A stretch of 64,000 nucleotides of DNA from Chiloscyllium plagiosum (GCF_004010195.1 NC_057718.1:1681696-1745695), one strand, 5' to 3'. Counted from the first letter of the stretch, positions 1-14,234 are shown. Notes: generated by a model not told the origin, from the letters alone. A program made the numbers and translations.

Positions 1-409
1 GCTCGCTATACCTTGTGAGGACAGCAGATGCCCTTCTTAAAGGACATTAGTCGGCTTGTCTGTAGCTGTTCCTGTTTCGTATGTTTTGATGTTGTGCAAT
101 ATTCTCTTCATAATGTGACCTATTATTTCAATCCATGTAAATCTCCTCCTGTTTTTGTTAACATCCTATGATAATATTTCTAATTAAACAGTTCCTCCAT
201 CATCCATTTCTCCTTATTTCTAGTTATATTTTAGCTGATTTGTTTCTAAACCTCTGTACATTGATGCGTAAGACATTTAACATCTATTATTCTAAATATA
301 AACCGGAATCAGATTCCAGATCACAGTATGTTTGCTGGTTTTTAGTTGGATTTTGATGAAATGTATATGATATTTTTAAAATCCAGAAACAAACAAATGC
401 CAGCCATCT

Positions 410-1230
410 TTTTTCTGAATTCATTCACAGCCTGTAGGCATCACTGGCTGGGTCCAGCATTTATTGCCCGTCCCTAGTTGCCCCTTGAGAGGTCGGGGTG
501 GTGCCTTCTTGAACCGCTGCAGTCCATGTGATGTAGGTAGATCCACAATGCCCATAGGGAAGGAATTTCAGGATTTTGACTCCGTGACACTGAAGGAACA
601 GTGATATATTTCCAAGATGGTGAGTGGATTGGAGGGGAACTTGCAGATGATGATGATCTTCTAGAAGTGGTCATGGCTTTGCAAGGTGCTGTCTAAGGAG
701 TCTTGGTGAATTTCTGCAGTGCATCTTGTAGATAGTACACACTGCTGTTACTGAACGTCAGTGATGGAGGATGTGCATGTTTGTGGATCTGGTGCCAATC
801 AAGTAGCTACTTTGTTTTGGATGATGTCAAGCTTCTTTAGAGTTTTTGGAGTTAAACTCATCCAGGCAAGTGGGGAGAATTCCATCACACTCCAGACTTG
901 TGCCTTTTAGATGGTGGACAGGCTTTGGAGAGTCAGGAGGTGAGTTACTCACAGCAGTTATTACTAGCCTCTGATCTGCTCTTAAATCTGCTGTATTACA
1001 TATTATTGTAGGGGATACAATGATATTAATTTAATTGAATGTCAAGTGGAGATGGTTAAATTCTCTCTTGCTGGACATTTTCATTGACTGGTATTTTTAA
1101 AATGTGAATGTTACTTGCCCCTTGTCACCCTGAGCCTGGATATTGTCCTGCTCTTAACTGTATTTGGGTATGAACTGCCTCACTGTCTGAAGAGTCAGAA
1201 ATTATGCTCAACATTGTGTAATCATCAGAA
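410..1230 (-). mobile_element. CR1-clade LINE 3' fragment (family also at ~4800-6180, 12360-13270, 40420-41370)
   Basis: Recurring family; the 12314-12990 ORFs give RT motifs GVPQGSILGP, FAD, FRPINLLS. Confidence 0.7.
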
Positions 1231-1773
1231 AATGCATCAAAGTAGAACACGAGTATAATCAGACAATTGGCTACCTATTGGAAGAGAGTGAGGTAAAGAG
1301 GGCATTTTCAGGATGGCAAACTGTAACTAGTGGAGTGTCACAGGGATTAGTGCCAGGGTCACAATGATTTACAATATAATGTTATTGACTTGGATGAAGC
1401 AAATGAATGTCCTGTTGTCAAATTTGCAGATGATACAAAAGTAAGTGGCAAGGTAATTGCTGAGGATAACAGTGTCTGGAGAGGGATACAGACAGGTTAA
1501 AAACTTGGCATATGCAATGTAATGTAGAAAAGTGTGAAGTTATAGACTTTGTCAGGAAGAATAGAGGAGCTCAGTATTATTTAAATGGAGGAAGACTGCA
1601 GAAAGCTGCAGTGCAGAGGGATTTGAGAACCCTTGTGAATAAACAAAAACAAGCTAGCATCAAATTCCATAAGGTAATATGGAAGGCAAATGGAATTTGC
1701 AAGTTTTGAGAAGATTTGTCGCTCAGGTTGAGGTTTTGGATGTAGGTTTGCTCACTGACCTGGAAGGTTCATT

Positions 1774-1815
1774 TTCAGATATTTCGTCACCATACTAGGT
1801 AACATCTTCAGTGAG
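1774..1815 (-). ncRNA. Minimal type I hammerhead ribozyme motif in Penelope pLTR
   Basis: Minus strand UCA-CUGAAGA-U-GUUACC-uaguau-GGUGAC-GAAA-U-AUC-UGA: core, 6 bp stem II, 3 bp stem I. Confidence 0.7.
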
Positions 1816-2584
1816 CCTCCAGATGAACCACTGCTGGTGTTTCCTACTTTCTATTTATATGTTTGAGTTTCCTTGAGTTGGTGAAGTCATTTCCTGTGGT
1901 GATATCATTTCATATGATTATGTCATTTCCTGTTCTTTTTCTCAGGGGGTGGTAAATGGGGTCCAAGTCAATGTGTTTATTGATAGAGTTCTGGTTGAAG
2001 TGCCATGCTACTAGGAATTCTCATGCATCCTTCTGTTTGGCTTGTCCTAGGATGGATGGGTTGTCCCAGTCAAAGTGGTATCCTTCCTCATCTGTATGTA
2101 AGGATACTAGTGAGAAAGGGTCATGTCTTTTTGTGGCGAGTTAATGTTCATGTATCCTGGTGGCTAGTTTTCTGCCTGTTTGTCCAATGTAGTGTTTGTT
2201 ACAGTCCTTGCATGGTATTTTGAAAATGACATTAGTTTTGCTTGTTGTCTGTAAAGGATCTTTCAAGTTCATTAGCTGCTGGTTGAGTGTGTTGGTGGGT
2301 TTGTGGGTTACCATAAGTAGTCTGGCAGTCATTTCCGAGATGTCTTTGATGTCGGGGAGAGTGGCTAAGGTTTCTGGACATGTTTTGTCTGCTTGTTGGG
2401 GTTTGTTGCTGAGAAATGGGCGGATTGTGTTTATTGGATGCCCATTCTTTTTGAATACACTGTATAAGTGATTTTCCTCTGCTCTGCATAGTTCCTCTGT
2501 GCTGCAGTGTGGGTTGGCTCGTTGAAATAATGTTCTAATGCAGCTTCGTTTGTAGGTGTTGGGATGATTGCTTCTGTAGTTCAG

Positions 2585-2771
2585 AGCTGAAAATGTGTTG
2601 CTGGAAAAGCGCAGCAAGTCAGGCAGCATCCAGGGAACAGGAGAATCGATGTTTCGGGCATAAGCCCTTACGTCGATTCTCCTGTTCCCTGGATGCTGCC
2701 TGACCTGCTGCGCTTTTCCAGCAACACATTTTCTGCTCTGATCTCCAGCATCTGCAGACCTCACTTTCTCC
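2585..2771. mobile_element. Short inverted-repeat Penelope-derived element nested in the Penelope ORF
   Basis: Two inverted arms of the abundant gctggaaaagcgcagcaggtcaggcagcatcc element; TSD TCTGTAGTTCAG at 2573-2584 and 2772-2783. Confidence 0.85.
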
Positions 2772-5700
2772 TCTGTAGTTCAGTATTTGGTCTGTATGTG
2801 TTGTTTTCCTGTAGACACTGGTTTGAAGTTGCCCATTGGCTGTTTACTCTACTGTGACATCTAGGAATGGCAGTTTGTTGTTGTTTTCCTCCTCTTTAGT
2901 GAATTTTATGCCAGTAAGGGTATTATTGATGGTCTTGAAGGTTTTCTCTAATTTGTTTCTTTTAGTAATGACAAAGGCGTCATCCACATAGTTGACCCAA
3001 AGTTTGGGTTGTATGGTTGGCAGAGCTGTTTGTTCGAATCTCTGCATTACTGCCTCTGCTAAGAACTCTGATAGTGGAGATCCCATGGGTGTTCCGTTGG
3101 ATTGTCTGTAGGTTTTGTTGTTGAAGGTGAAGTGGGTGGTAAGGCATAGGTCCACTAGCTTGACGATATCGTCCTTGCTGATGAAGTTGGTGTTTGATGT
3201 GTGTGGCTTTGGGTCTTTTAATAATGTAGTCAGTATTTCCTTGGCCAGGTTGATGTTGATTGATATGAACAGGGCTGTTACATCAAAGGAGACCATTATT
3301 TCATCCTCTTCTATCTTGGTGTCTTTGATGGTCTTCAGGAATTCTTGGGTGGAGTAGATGGAGTGGCATGAGTCTTCTACTAAGTGTTTTAGTCTTTGGT
3401 GTAGCTCCTTGGCCAATCTGTAAGTTGGTGTTCCAGGTAGCAAGACTATGGGTCTGGGGGGGAGGGGGGGAAGGGGGGGGGCTCCTGGTTTGTGAATTTT
3501 GGGTAATCCATAGAAGTGTGGTGTGTTGGACACCACTTTGACTGGGACAACACATCCGTCCTTGGACAAGCCAAACACGAGACAAACACGAGAATTCCTA
3601 GTAGCATGGCATTTCAACCAGAACTCTATCAACAAACACATTGACGTGGACCCCATTTACCACCCCCTGAGAAAAAGAACAGGAAATGACATCACCATAG
3701 GAAATGGCAGCACCACAGGAAATGACACCACCAACCCAAGGAAACCCAAACATATAAATAGAAAGCAGAAAACACCAGCAGTGTTGTCCAGAGGCTCAGT
3801 GAAGATGTTACCTAGTATGGTGACAAAATGTCTGAAAATGAACCTTCTAGCTCAGCGAGCAAATGGAATGTTATTTCAAAGGAAATGGAGTATAAAAATA
3901 GGAGGTCTGGCTAAAACTATACAAGGCCCTTTAAACTACACCTAGAATACCTGAACAGTTTTGGTCCTTTTATTGATGGAAGGATTTATTGGCATTGAGT
4001 CAGTTCAGGGAAGATTCACTACACTGATCCTGGGTATGGAGGGACTTGTGTTATGGCAAGAGGTTGAGTAGGTTAGGCCTGTACCCATTGGAATATAGAA
4101 GAATGACAGGCCACCTTGTTGAAATGTACAAGATTTGTATAGAAGAATCCAGGACCTAGGGGCATCATCTCAATGAAGGGGATCACTCATTGTATGCAGA
4201 GATGAGAGATTTTATCTCTCAGAGAGGAGTCAATCTGTGGAATGCAGTACCATAGAGGGCTGTCAGGGCTGGGTCATTAACTATAATCATGGCTGAGTTA
4301 GACAGATGTTTAATCAGTTGGGGAATAGAGGATTATGGGGAAAACGATAGGAAAATGAATTTGAGGATCATCAGATCAGTCATGATCTCGATCAGTGGCA
4401 GCGTGGACTCAGTGGGCCAAATGGTCTTATTCTGCTCCTAGGTTTTATGGTCTAATGGAATATTCCCTCTCTGCTGTATGATGTATGAAAGGTCATTGAG
4501 AAAGCAGCTGAATGGTTTGGTCTAAGACACTACTCTGGAACTGCTCCATAGGTTTTCTTGTGTGCGATAACTGAACTCCAATAACTATTTCCATTCTACT
4601 AAGGAAGGAAACCTCTGTCCTTATCTTGTCTGGACAACACATGACTCCAGCCCCACAGGAATATAGTTGACTCTGAACTACCCTCTGGACAATTAGGGAT
4701 GGGCAGTAAATGCTGGCCTGGCCAGTGACGCTGACATCCTGCGAATGAATAACAAAAAAGCATGGCTGCACCCAGCTAAGATTTTCTGTGATGTTCCTCC
4801 TGATACCCATTCAGTCAGTTTTACTTGGGCTCCTTGATGCCACACTCGCACACTCGGTCAAGGACAGTCACTCTCACCTGCCCTCAATTCTGGCATTCAG
4901 TTCTTCTGTCCATGTTTGAATGAAAGCTGTAATGAGGTCAGGAGATAAATGGCAGTGGTGGAACCATACTGAGCATCAGTGAGCAGGTGCTGCTTGATAG
5001 CATCCATTATTACTTTACTGATGATTAAGAATAGATTGAAGGTACAGTAGTTGGCCTGGTTGAATTTGTCTTTTTTATATACAGGACATGTCTGGGCAAT
5101 TTCCCACCTTCTTGAGTAGATGCTGACATTTAGCTAGACTGGAACAGCTGGCTAGGGTTGCGACAAATCTTGCAGTAAAATCTTCAGTAGAATGCTCAAA
5201 TGTTGTCAGGGCCGATAGCCTTTGCAATATCCAATGCCTCCAACATTTTTATTGGTGTCACGTGAAGTGAATCAAATTGACTGAAGGCTGGTATTAGTTC
5301 CCAGCTGGGGACCACTGGAGGAGCCTGAGATGGATCATCCCCTCGGCACTTCTGGCTGAAGATTGCTGCAAAAGCTTCAGCCTTATCTGTTGCCCTGATG
5401 TGCTGGGCTCTTCCATTACTGAGGATGGGGATATTAGTGGGACCTCCTCCTACAGTGAACTGTTTAATAGTCCACCCCCATTAATGACTGGATGTGTTGG
5501 TTACGGGATTGCTTAGCTCTGTCTATCACTTGTTGCTTATGCCGTTTGGTACGTAAGTAGTCCTGTTTGGTAACTTCACCAGGTTGACACCTCATTTTTA
5601 GTTCCTGGTGCTACTCCTAGTTTAACTTTCTGTACTTTCCATTGAACCATGACTGAGACACTCTTCTGGTGCAGTGGTAGTGTCCTTACCTCTGTGACAG

Positions 5701-6393
5701 GAGCCCTGTGTTCAAGTCCCACTTGCTCCTGAGGTGTATAATAAAATCTCTGCACAGATTCATTAAAGAAAATGAATTGAATGATGGTTGATCCCCTGGC
5801 TTGATGGTAATGATGAGTGGGGGATATGCCAGGCCATGAGATTACAAATTGTACTGGAATTTAATTCTGCTGCTGTTGATGGCTTATAGTGCCTCATGGA
5901 TGCCCAGTCCAGAGTCAATGTTGAGGAATCCCAGGACAACTCCCTCCCAACTGTATCCCACTCTGCCCCTCTCTCTGTTGGGTCTGTCCTGCAGGTGGTA
6001 CAGGACATATCCCAGGATGGTGATGGTGGGGTCTGGGACATTGTCTGTAAGGTCTGATTCTGTGAGTATGACTGTATCAGGCTATTGATTGGCTCGTCTG
6101 TGAGACAGCTCTCCCAGTGTTGGCCCAGATGTTAGTGAAGAGGACTTTGGATGGTTGAGTTTGTCATAGTTGTTTCCATTGTCTGGACTGATGCTAGGTC
6201 ACCTGGCTGGTTTAATTCCTTTGAGCCACTTTTCTGATTTTTGATTACGGAGTCTTGCATACCAAATATATTCGGCCCCTGTGCCTCCAGGGCAACAATC
6301 ACTCCCTGGGGTTGAGCTGGAAAAATATGTAATATTTTTGCAGAAGAATCTAATGATGTCTTTATCTCTTCCTCTCATCCTCTGTGCTTTTAG

Positions 6394-6475
6394 ATCTTAT
6401 TCGGATTGGCAGCGGGGAATCACCTTTATGCTGATGTTCCTGTTTGTGGTGACGGTCTTTTACCAAGGACGACAG
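6394..6475 (+). CDS. Adenylyl cyclase (ADCY8-like) internal exon, last transmembrane helix
   Basis: Polypyrimidine-TAG acceptor, CAG|GTAAC donor; encodes SYSDWQRGITFMLMFLFVVTVFYQGRQ, resembling the AC8 TM12 end (..FLLAVFYHGQQ); phase 0 join to next exon. Confidence 0.85.
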
Positions 6476-7121
6476 GTAACTTTGCTAAACTCCTAATTGC
6501 TCTCAGTGTGGTGGAATGGCTGGGTCTCAGATACTTGGTGAAAGGTATGTCCTAACTACCCATTCCAGGGAACCTACTGCATGCAGTCCTTCGAAGCGCA
6601 GGCATCAAGCAATGCTGCAGAAGTTACAACTGATATCTGGATGCAATCCCTTTGAATATATTTGATGTTGAGGTGGACAGCCTTTTGATCTCTGAGGAAT
6701 CAAGGGACATGGGCGACCAGGTGGGCAAGTTGTTTTCCCCCTTGAAGGTCAGTCACAATCATTGGAACAGTGGAGCAAACCTGAGGGGCTGAATGGCCTA
6801 CTCTCTTGCTCCCATTCTTTATGTTGTTATGTCACAGTCATTCCTATAATGCTCTCTCACTTAAACATGAGGCACTTGCTCCATTTTATTGTCTACAACA
6901 AGATTCATCACTCCTTCCTTCTTTGCTGAGCTTGGAAATATACTGATCAAGTAAGTTCTCTTATATAGTGTAGGAATTGCTGTTGCTCCTTATGCTGTTA
7001 TTTTCACAGTCTGGATCAGGGTACCTGAGCTCCCCCATTACCACCAACTGAGGGATTTTCATGTCAAGGAACTTACTACCTTCCAATTACATGAAACTCT
7101 TTCTGTTCTGTGGCCTATCAG

Positions 7122-7280
7122 ATTGAAGCAACTGCACGTCTGGACTTCCTTTGGAGATTACTAGCCAGACAGGAAATGGAGGAAATGGCAGTGCTGCGGA
7201 AACATAATGAGGATCTATTGAATAACATGCTGCCCAGTCACATCGCACGGTATTTCCTTGACAAGGATCCAGATGATGAA
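7122..7280 (+). CDS. Adenylyl cyclase (ADCY8-like) internal exon, helical domain to start of C2a
   Basis: AG/GT-bounded 159 nt exon (absent from the ORF track): [53 protein letters not shown], with the ARLDFLW and N.LPSH.A motifs of transmembrane ACs. Confidence 0.93.
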
Positions 7281-10200
7281 GTACGATAATAGCTCCAAGT
7301 GTAAATTCAACAGCAAGTATCAGTCAAAACCTTTCATCCCTGAGACACACATGCTGTACTAATTCCTCATTAAACTGTCACACACTCAGTTTTGTGACCA
7401 AACGCTGTCCCTCAGCAAAAACTCCTAGGGCAGGGACAGCACAAGGTTAGATACAGAATAAAACTCCTTCTACACTGTACCCCATCAAACACTCCCAGGG
7501 CAGGAGCACAGGGTTAGATACTGAATAAACCCTTTAAAAACGTTGTCAGGTTTGATCCAACATCCAATCTTTCTCCATTGAGCTGTGAATATTTCATTGT
7601 TAAGTTTATGTCTAAGTTTCTTTTGATCAACAGAGTTGAATTTTCTTCAGCCATCCTTTCAGTCTGCACTTTACAGAACCTTCTGGCTCTGTGCTTCAAA
7701 TCATGGTCTTCATGTTTTCTCTAGTGACCAGAGTTAGTTCCGAAATGGTTATCCATTTTTGTGGGAGAAATAGAAAGGCAATGTATTATTGAAATGGAAA
7801 GAAACCTCCGCGTGCTTTGGATCAGAGAGATCAGGATGTCTTTGTGCATGAATCACATAAAACTAGTACAGCAGGTAATAACAAAGGCAGTTGGAATTAT
7901 GTCATTCATTGTGAAAGGAAGAGAATATAAAAGTTGGGAATTGTTCCTGCAATTGTACAAGGCATTAGTGAGACTGCACCTGGAGTATTCCTTACAATGT
8001 TCTTCCCTTGACCTGAGAAGGATGTAATTGCATTGGCAGCAGTTCACAGAAGGTTCATGAGATGGAGTCGAGGAGTGAGCATTGTGCCCCATGAAGAGAG
8101 ATTGAGCACAGTTTAGGCATACCTGTCTCAAGTTTAGAACAACAAGAGGAGATTTAATTGAGATGTAAAGGATGCCAAAGGAGATTGACAGAGTAGACAT
8201 AGCCTCATGTGGGGTAATCTCGAAGGAGAGGTTAGGGGGAGACAAGCAGGGGTCGAGAGTGTGGTGCTGGAAAAGCATAGCAGATCAGGCAGCATCCGAG
8301 AAGCAGGAGAATTGACATTTCAAGTTTAAGCCCTTCATCAAGAATTATGATCAGCTTGTGAGGTCTTTTTTAAAAAGAATTGGAATAATAGAAGCAGCCA
8401 AAATGGGCATGGTCAAACTACCACAGAACCAGGATTTTTAGTTTAGCTTTCAGCAGTTGCTGTTGGGAATCTTGAAGAAGTGAAGACTATTCCGTCCATC
8501 TCTTGGTTACAGAAGCTGCCTGCTATGGCAGCTGCATGTGCGACAATCTATGTTCTGAATTTGCCTTTTGCGAAGGCTGTGTTTATGGGATATATTGGCT
8601 ATATTGGAATTGATTTAATAATAGTTACTGCCTCTATTATTCTGTTAAGTTTTCCAATAGAGTTAAGGTATTCCAATTTCTTCCTTCCTTTTGTAGTATT
8701 TTAACAATAGTGGATGAATAGAGTGAGCTTTGCTCTAAATCCAGTATTTTGAGCAATCGAATTGCATCTGGAATACAACACCTTACATTTACCTTTAAAA
8801 TAACAAAAAGTAAGGGTTTAGACTATCTTCTGAGTACTTTGAGGGGGGTTTGGTCTGGCCCATAACAACCACTCATCACTTTATAACTCCAGCGATATAT
8901 ATTGTTTGAAATTTGGCATTCTTGATGATGACTGCATAATGTAGAGTTTCAACAATGTGTTTCACTTTTCAATTGTATCAATCACAGTATTGTTTCTCAA
9001 TGCCAAACTGTTCTCACTGACATCAGCTATTACAACGGTGGAGCATCATACCTTCAGGTTTTCATTCTGTTGGAAGCTTGCAAACATTAAATTTAAATTG
9101 AAAAGAAGCACCTTCCAGTCAGTCTGTTTTTCTCTCTTATAGTAATAACAACTTGCAGTCATACGGCATAAAACTTCCCAAGGCACTTCAGATGTACAGT
9201 ACTCCACATCCGATCCCACAAATGCCGTGGATAAATGAAGCATAACCTTCCTCTTCTGCATTGAATACCCCTCGCCATAAATGATGATCCTGGAAAGTGA
9301 GCTAGGGAAGGAGAGGGGTGTAGGGAGAGAATTCCAGAATTTGGGGCCAAGGCGAATGAAATGATAGCCACTAATGGTCACATGATCAAAATCAGGGCTG
9401 CACCAAGAGGCCAAAAAGTGACGCAATGGGACTGGAGTTGGTTACAGAGGTAGGGAGGGAACAGACTATTGATGAATTTGAAAACAAGATGGGAGTTTAA
9501 AAATCAAGATGTTGCTTCACCAGGACATTATAGAGCAATGTAGGATCACAAACTCTGGAGTAATGGTGGCACAGGAAGTGCTAAGGGTTAAGAAGGTGGC
9601 AGCAGAGTTTTTGATGCTCTCAAGTTTACAGAAACTAGAATATAGGAAACCAGCCAGGAATGCATTGGAATAATGAGTTGAGAACTAATCTTTCTCTCTC
9701 TTGATTTCACTTTCTGTACCTAATTGAAATTGAATTCACAAAGGAGGGAGAGGGACACAGCAAGGCAGGTAGCATCAGGAGGTTGGGGAACACAGCAAGG
9801 CAGGCAGCATCAGGAGGGAGGGGGACACAGCAAGGACTCCTAGCTTACAACTCCACACATGGTCACACACCCCTTTGTGTACTCCACACCCTTTGGTTTC
9901 CTTTATTTCCCCTGTATTCCCACATGTCCCTTTACACCATAATGACCATCAAATTCCCCTGTAAGTGAAACTCCTCAAACCCTCCAACAGCCCTCACCAA
10001 TCTATGCTCTCTCCATGCTCCCCATGGCCCCTGAATACCAGCTGGACCATCTGCTACACCCACTCACCAAATGGACAGAACTCCCGAGTCTCACAATAAC
10101 AACAGCAGGTCTTTGAAATGCCCAGGAAAAAAATTAAAATAAACAATTTTAAATTAAAAATTCACGTGTTCCTTGTAGAAAATCACACAACTGTTGATGA

Positions 10201-10587
10201 AAACTCACAGCATGAGTTACCTGCATGTCTGACCACCCTTCGCACTTTAAAACTGTCAGACAACAAAATCTAGGCAGAGGTCTTCAGTTTTCTCAGCACT
10301 TCGTTGGAAGAAATTTCTGCTTATCAATATTTAAGACTTTTTATCTCCCCAGTAATCTGTTTTATAATAAGACTAATCCTGCTGTTGGTTAATACTATGG
10401 CCTCTCTGCTTGGATATTGACCTCTGTCTGAGTTTATACTAACTTTGTTATGTGTAAATATGATCTGCTATTTTAAGTTAATGCTAACTCTACATTGTAT
10501 TAATAATATGGCTATTCTGATGATATTGACCATTTCTTTAATCATTGCAAATTCGATGTGATTTCTTTGCTGTTTCGTTATTTCCAG

Positions 10588-10734
10588 GAGCTCTATTCTG
10601 AATCACACGACAGTGTCGGTGTTCTGTTCGCTTCCATCCCAGAATTTGCTGCGTTTTACTCACAGGCCGAGGGAAACCAACAGGGAATTGAATGCTTGCA
10701 GCTGCTTAATGAGATCATTGCTGACTTTGATGAT
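10588..10734 (+). CDS. Adenylyl cyclase (ADCY8-like) internal exon, C2a catalytic domain
   Basis: tttccag|..|gtaagt 147 nt exon: [49 protein letters not shown], the hallmark tmAC C2a motif. Confidence 0.95.
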
Positions 10735-11382
10735 GTAAGTATTTTAATTTTGAATTTGGAATCTAGTATAGACAAGGTCTTACCCCTCGTTAGGGGAATC
10801 CAGAACTAGAGGGCATTTGTTTAGAGTGAGAAAGATTTAAAAGGGACCTAAGGGGCAACTATTTCACGTGGACGATAGTGGGTGTATGGGATGAGCTGCC
10901 AGAGGAAGTGACAGAGCCTGATACAATTACAGCATTTAAAAGCCGTAGATATATGAATAGGAAGGGTTCAGAGGGATATGGGCTGTGCTGGCAAATGGGA
11001 CTGGATTAATTTAGGATATCTAATCGGCATGAACAAATTGGATTGAAGGGTCTGTTTCTGTGCTATACATCTATGACTCTATGACATATGCCAGTGTGAT
11101 AGTCTTTACAAACGTGCCTGTACTATACCTGCTTCTGTTGATTCTCACCATGCACAAGGTGTCTGGAGTAACTGAATAAATACTTACCCCTTGCAGCATC
11201 CTGGATGGTGCTGAATTTGTTGAGCTTTGATAGAACTGCACCCATCCAGGGCAAGTGGGGAGTATTCCATCACATTCCTGATATCCTGCAGTATTATGTT
11301 GGGTATCAACTGGCCCTCTGAACAGCTGAGAGATCTACTCAGTTCAGGAGCAGCTAGAGACAGGCAATAGAAAATGCTGGCC

Positions 11383-11882
11383 NNNNNNNNNNNNNNNNNN
11401 NNNNNNNNNNNNNNNNNNNNNNNNNNNNNNNNNNNNNNNNNNNNNNNNNNNNNNNNNNNNNNNNNNNNNNNNNNNNNNNNNNNNNNNNNNNNNNNNNNNN
11501 NNNNNNNNNNNNNNNNNNNNNNNNNNNNNNNNNNNNNNNNNNNNNNNNNNNNNNNNNNNNNNNNNNNNNNNNNNNNNNNNNNNNNNNNNNNNNNNNNNNN
11601 NNNNNNNNNNNNNNNNNNNNNNNNNNNNNNNNNNNNNNNNNNNNNNNNNNNNNNNNNNNNNNNNNNNNNNNNNNNNNNNNNNNNNNNNNNNNNNNNNNNN
11701 NNNNNNNNNNNNNNNNNNNNNNNNNNNNNNNNNNNNNNNNNNNNNNNNNNNNNNNNNNNNNNNNNNNNNNNNNNNNNNNNNNNNNNNNNNNNNNNNNNNN
11801 NNNNNNNNNNNNNNNNNNNNNNNNNNNNNNNNNNNNNNNNNNNNNNNNNNNNNNNNNNNNNNNNNNNNNNNNNNNNNNNNNN
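11383..11882. other. Assembly gap, exactly 500 N
   Basis: N run. Confidence 1.
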
Positions 11883-13429
11883 TCATCCATGCTGACCAGG
11901 TATCCAAAATAAATCTAGTCCCATTTGCCAGCACTTGGTCCCTATCCCCCAAACCCTTCCTTATCATATACTCATCCAGATGCCTTTTAAATGTTGCAAT
12001 TGTACCAGCCTCCACCACATCCTCTGGCAGGTCATTCCATACACGTACCACCCTCTGCGTGAAAAAGTTGCCCCTGAGGTCTCTTTTATATCTTTCCCCT
12101 CTCACCCTAAACCTATGCCCTCCAGTTTTGGACTCCCCCATCCTGGGGAAATATACCTTGTCTATTTACCCTATCCATGCCCCTCTATAAGGTTACCCAT
12201 CAGCCTCCAACCCTTGGGGGAGAACAGGCCCAGCCTATTCAGCATCTACCTACAGCTCAAACATTCCAACTCTGGCAACATTCTTGTAAATCTTTTGTGA
12301 ACCCTTTCAAGTTTCATAAAATCCTTAATATACCAGGGAGACCAGAATTGCACACAGTATTCCAAGCCTGGATACTGTCCAGATCTTGTTGCATTTGAAC
12401 ATGAACTACCTCATTATCTGAGGAGTTGTGAATGGTGCTGAACGTTGTGCAAGCATCAGCGAACATCCCCACTCCTGACCTTGTGATGGAGGGAAGGCCA
12501 ATGATGAGGCAGCTGAAGATGGTTGGGCCTAGGATACTCCCCTGAGGGACTCCTACAGAGATGTCCTGGAGCTGAGATGACTGACCTCCAACAACCACAG
12601 CCATCTTCTTATGTGTCAGGTATGACTCTAACCAGTGGAAAGTTTGCCCCCTGATACCCATTGATTCCAGTTTAACTAGGGCTCCTCAGTTGAATGCAGC
12701 CTTGATGTCAAGGGCTGTCCCTCTCCCCTGCCCTCCCCTCTGGAATTCAGCTCTTTTGTCCATGTTTGACCCAAGGCTGTAATGAGGTCAGGAGCTGAGT
12801 GACCCTGGGGGAACCCAAACTGGGCATCACTGAGCAGGTTATTGCTGAGCAGGTGCTGCCCGATAGCACTGTTACTGACACCCTCCATCACTTTTCTGAT
12901 GATGGAGAGTAGATTGATGGGGCGAAAATTGGCTGGGTTAGGTTTGTCCTGCTTTTCATGTACAGGACATACCTGGGCAAATTTCCACATTGTCGGGTAG
13001 ATGCCAGTGTTGTAACTATAGCTTGGCTACGGGAGCGGCAAGTTGTGGAGCACAAGCCTTCAGTCCTATTGCTGGAATGTGTTCAGGGCCCACAGCCTTT
13101 GCAGTATCCAGTGTCTCTAACCATTTCTTGAAATCACGTGGAGTGAATCGAATTGGCTGAAGACAGACAACTGTGTCCCATTCAGTACGGTGATAGTGCC
13201 ACACAACACAATGGAGGGTATCCTCAATGTCTCCACAAGGACTGTGCAGTGGTCACTCTTACTGATACTGTCATAGACAGATTAAAGTGGGATTGTGATG
13301 TCTGTCAAGGGAATTCTTCAAATGTGACCCAGGCCAGATACAATATGTTGAGATGAGAAATGAAGAAGAAAATGTCTCTGGCAAAAAGGGAATATCATGA
13401 TCGTGGTTGACCAATGGTCTAACTCCACA

Positions 13430-14008
13430 TACCTGCCTACTTGCGGAACGTTTCAGAGAACACCTCTGGGACACTCGCACCAACCAACCCAACCGCCCCG
13501 TGGCTGAACACTTTAACTCCCCCTCCCACTCCGCCAAGGACACGCAGGTCCTTGGCCTCCTCCATCGCCAGACCATGGCAACACGACGCCTGGAGGAATA
13601 GTGCCTCATCTTCTGCCAAGGAAACCTCCAACCACAAGGGATGAATGCAGATTTCTCCAGCTTCCTCATTTCCCCTCCCCCCACCTTATCTCAGTCCCAA
13701 CCCTCAGACTCAGCACCGCCTTCTTGACCTGAAATCTTCTTCCCGACCTCTCCGCCCCCACCCCCTCTCCGGCCTATCACCCTCACCTTAACCTCCCTCC
13801 ACCTATTGCATTTCCAACGCCCCTCCCCCAAGTCCTTCCTCCCTACCTTTTATCTTAGCCTGCTTGGCACACTTTCCTCATTCCTGAAGAAGGGCTCATG
13901 CCCGAAACGTCGATTCTCCTGCTCCTTTGATGCTGCCTGACCTGCTGCGCTTTTCCAGCAACACATTTTTAATCTCTGATCCCCAGCATCTACAGTCCTC
14001 ATTTTCTC
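13430..14008 (+). mobile_element. 3' end of a second Penelope-like family (GIY-YIG C-terminus plus pLTR); parent of the short elements
   Basis: LAERFREHL..PVAEHFNSPSHS..RRLEE*CLIF..LQPQGMN; ends in the same ~130 bp terminus as the dispersed short elements. Confidence 0.85.
13880..13916 (+). ncRNA. Minimal hammerhead ribozyme core
   Basis: CUGAAGA(13884-13890)-A-GGGC-ucau-GCCC-GAAA-C-GUC(13911); stem I weak. Confidence 0.65.
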
Positions 14009-14234
14009 CTCATTCACTTAGTCTGTCAACATCCCCTTGTAACTTTATGCTATCAGCTACGCTGTCTACAATACCACCCAACTTCGTGTCATCAGCAAAT
14101 TTGGGTAAGTGCATTTCTATATTTTTATCAAAATTTGTTCATAAATTACATGAATAACTGAGACCCTAATGCAGATCCTTGTGGGACCCTCCTGGTCACA
14201 TCTGCCAATTTGAGTACTTACCCATTATTCCTCC

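Larger units (their letters stand above)
1697..3858 (-). mobile_element. Penelope-like retroelement, 5'-truncated and degraded, with inverted pseudo-LTR, inserted in a CR1
   Basis: RT (FYGLPKIHK, GTPMGSPLS, YVDD) at 2844-3525; GIY-YIG (NVIFKIPCKDCNKHYIGQTGR) near 2141-2240; 3526-3858 is an inverted copy of ~1745-2085; TSD GCAAATGGAAT at 1686-1696 and 3859-3869. Confidence 0.92.
1280..4455 (+). mobile_element. CR1 LINE 3' fragment split by the Penelope insertion
   Basis: KFADDTK and NVEKCEV motifs; sequence resumes after the TSD at 3870; CR1 tail near 4430. Confidence 0.8.

Noticed and set aside
8355-8868. Solo LTR (TG...ACA)
   Set aside because: No target-site duplication or second copy found in the window
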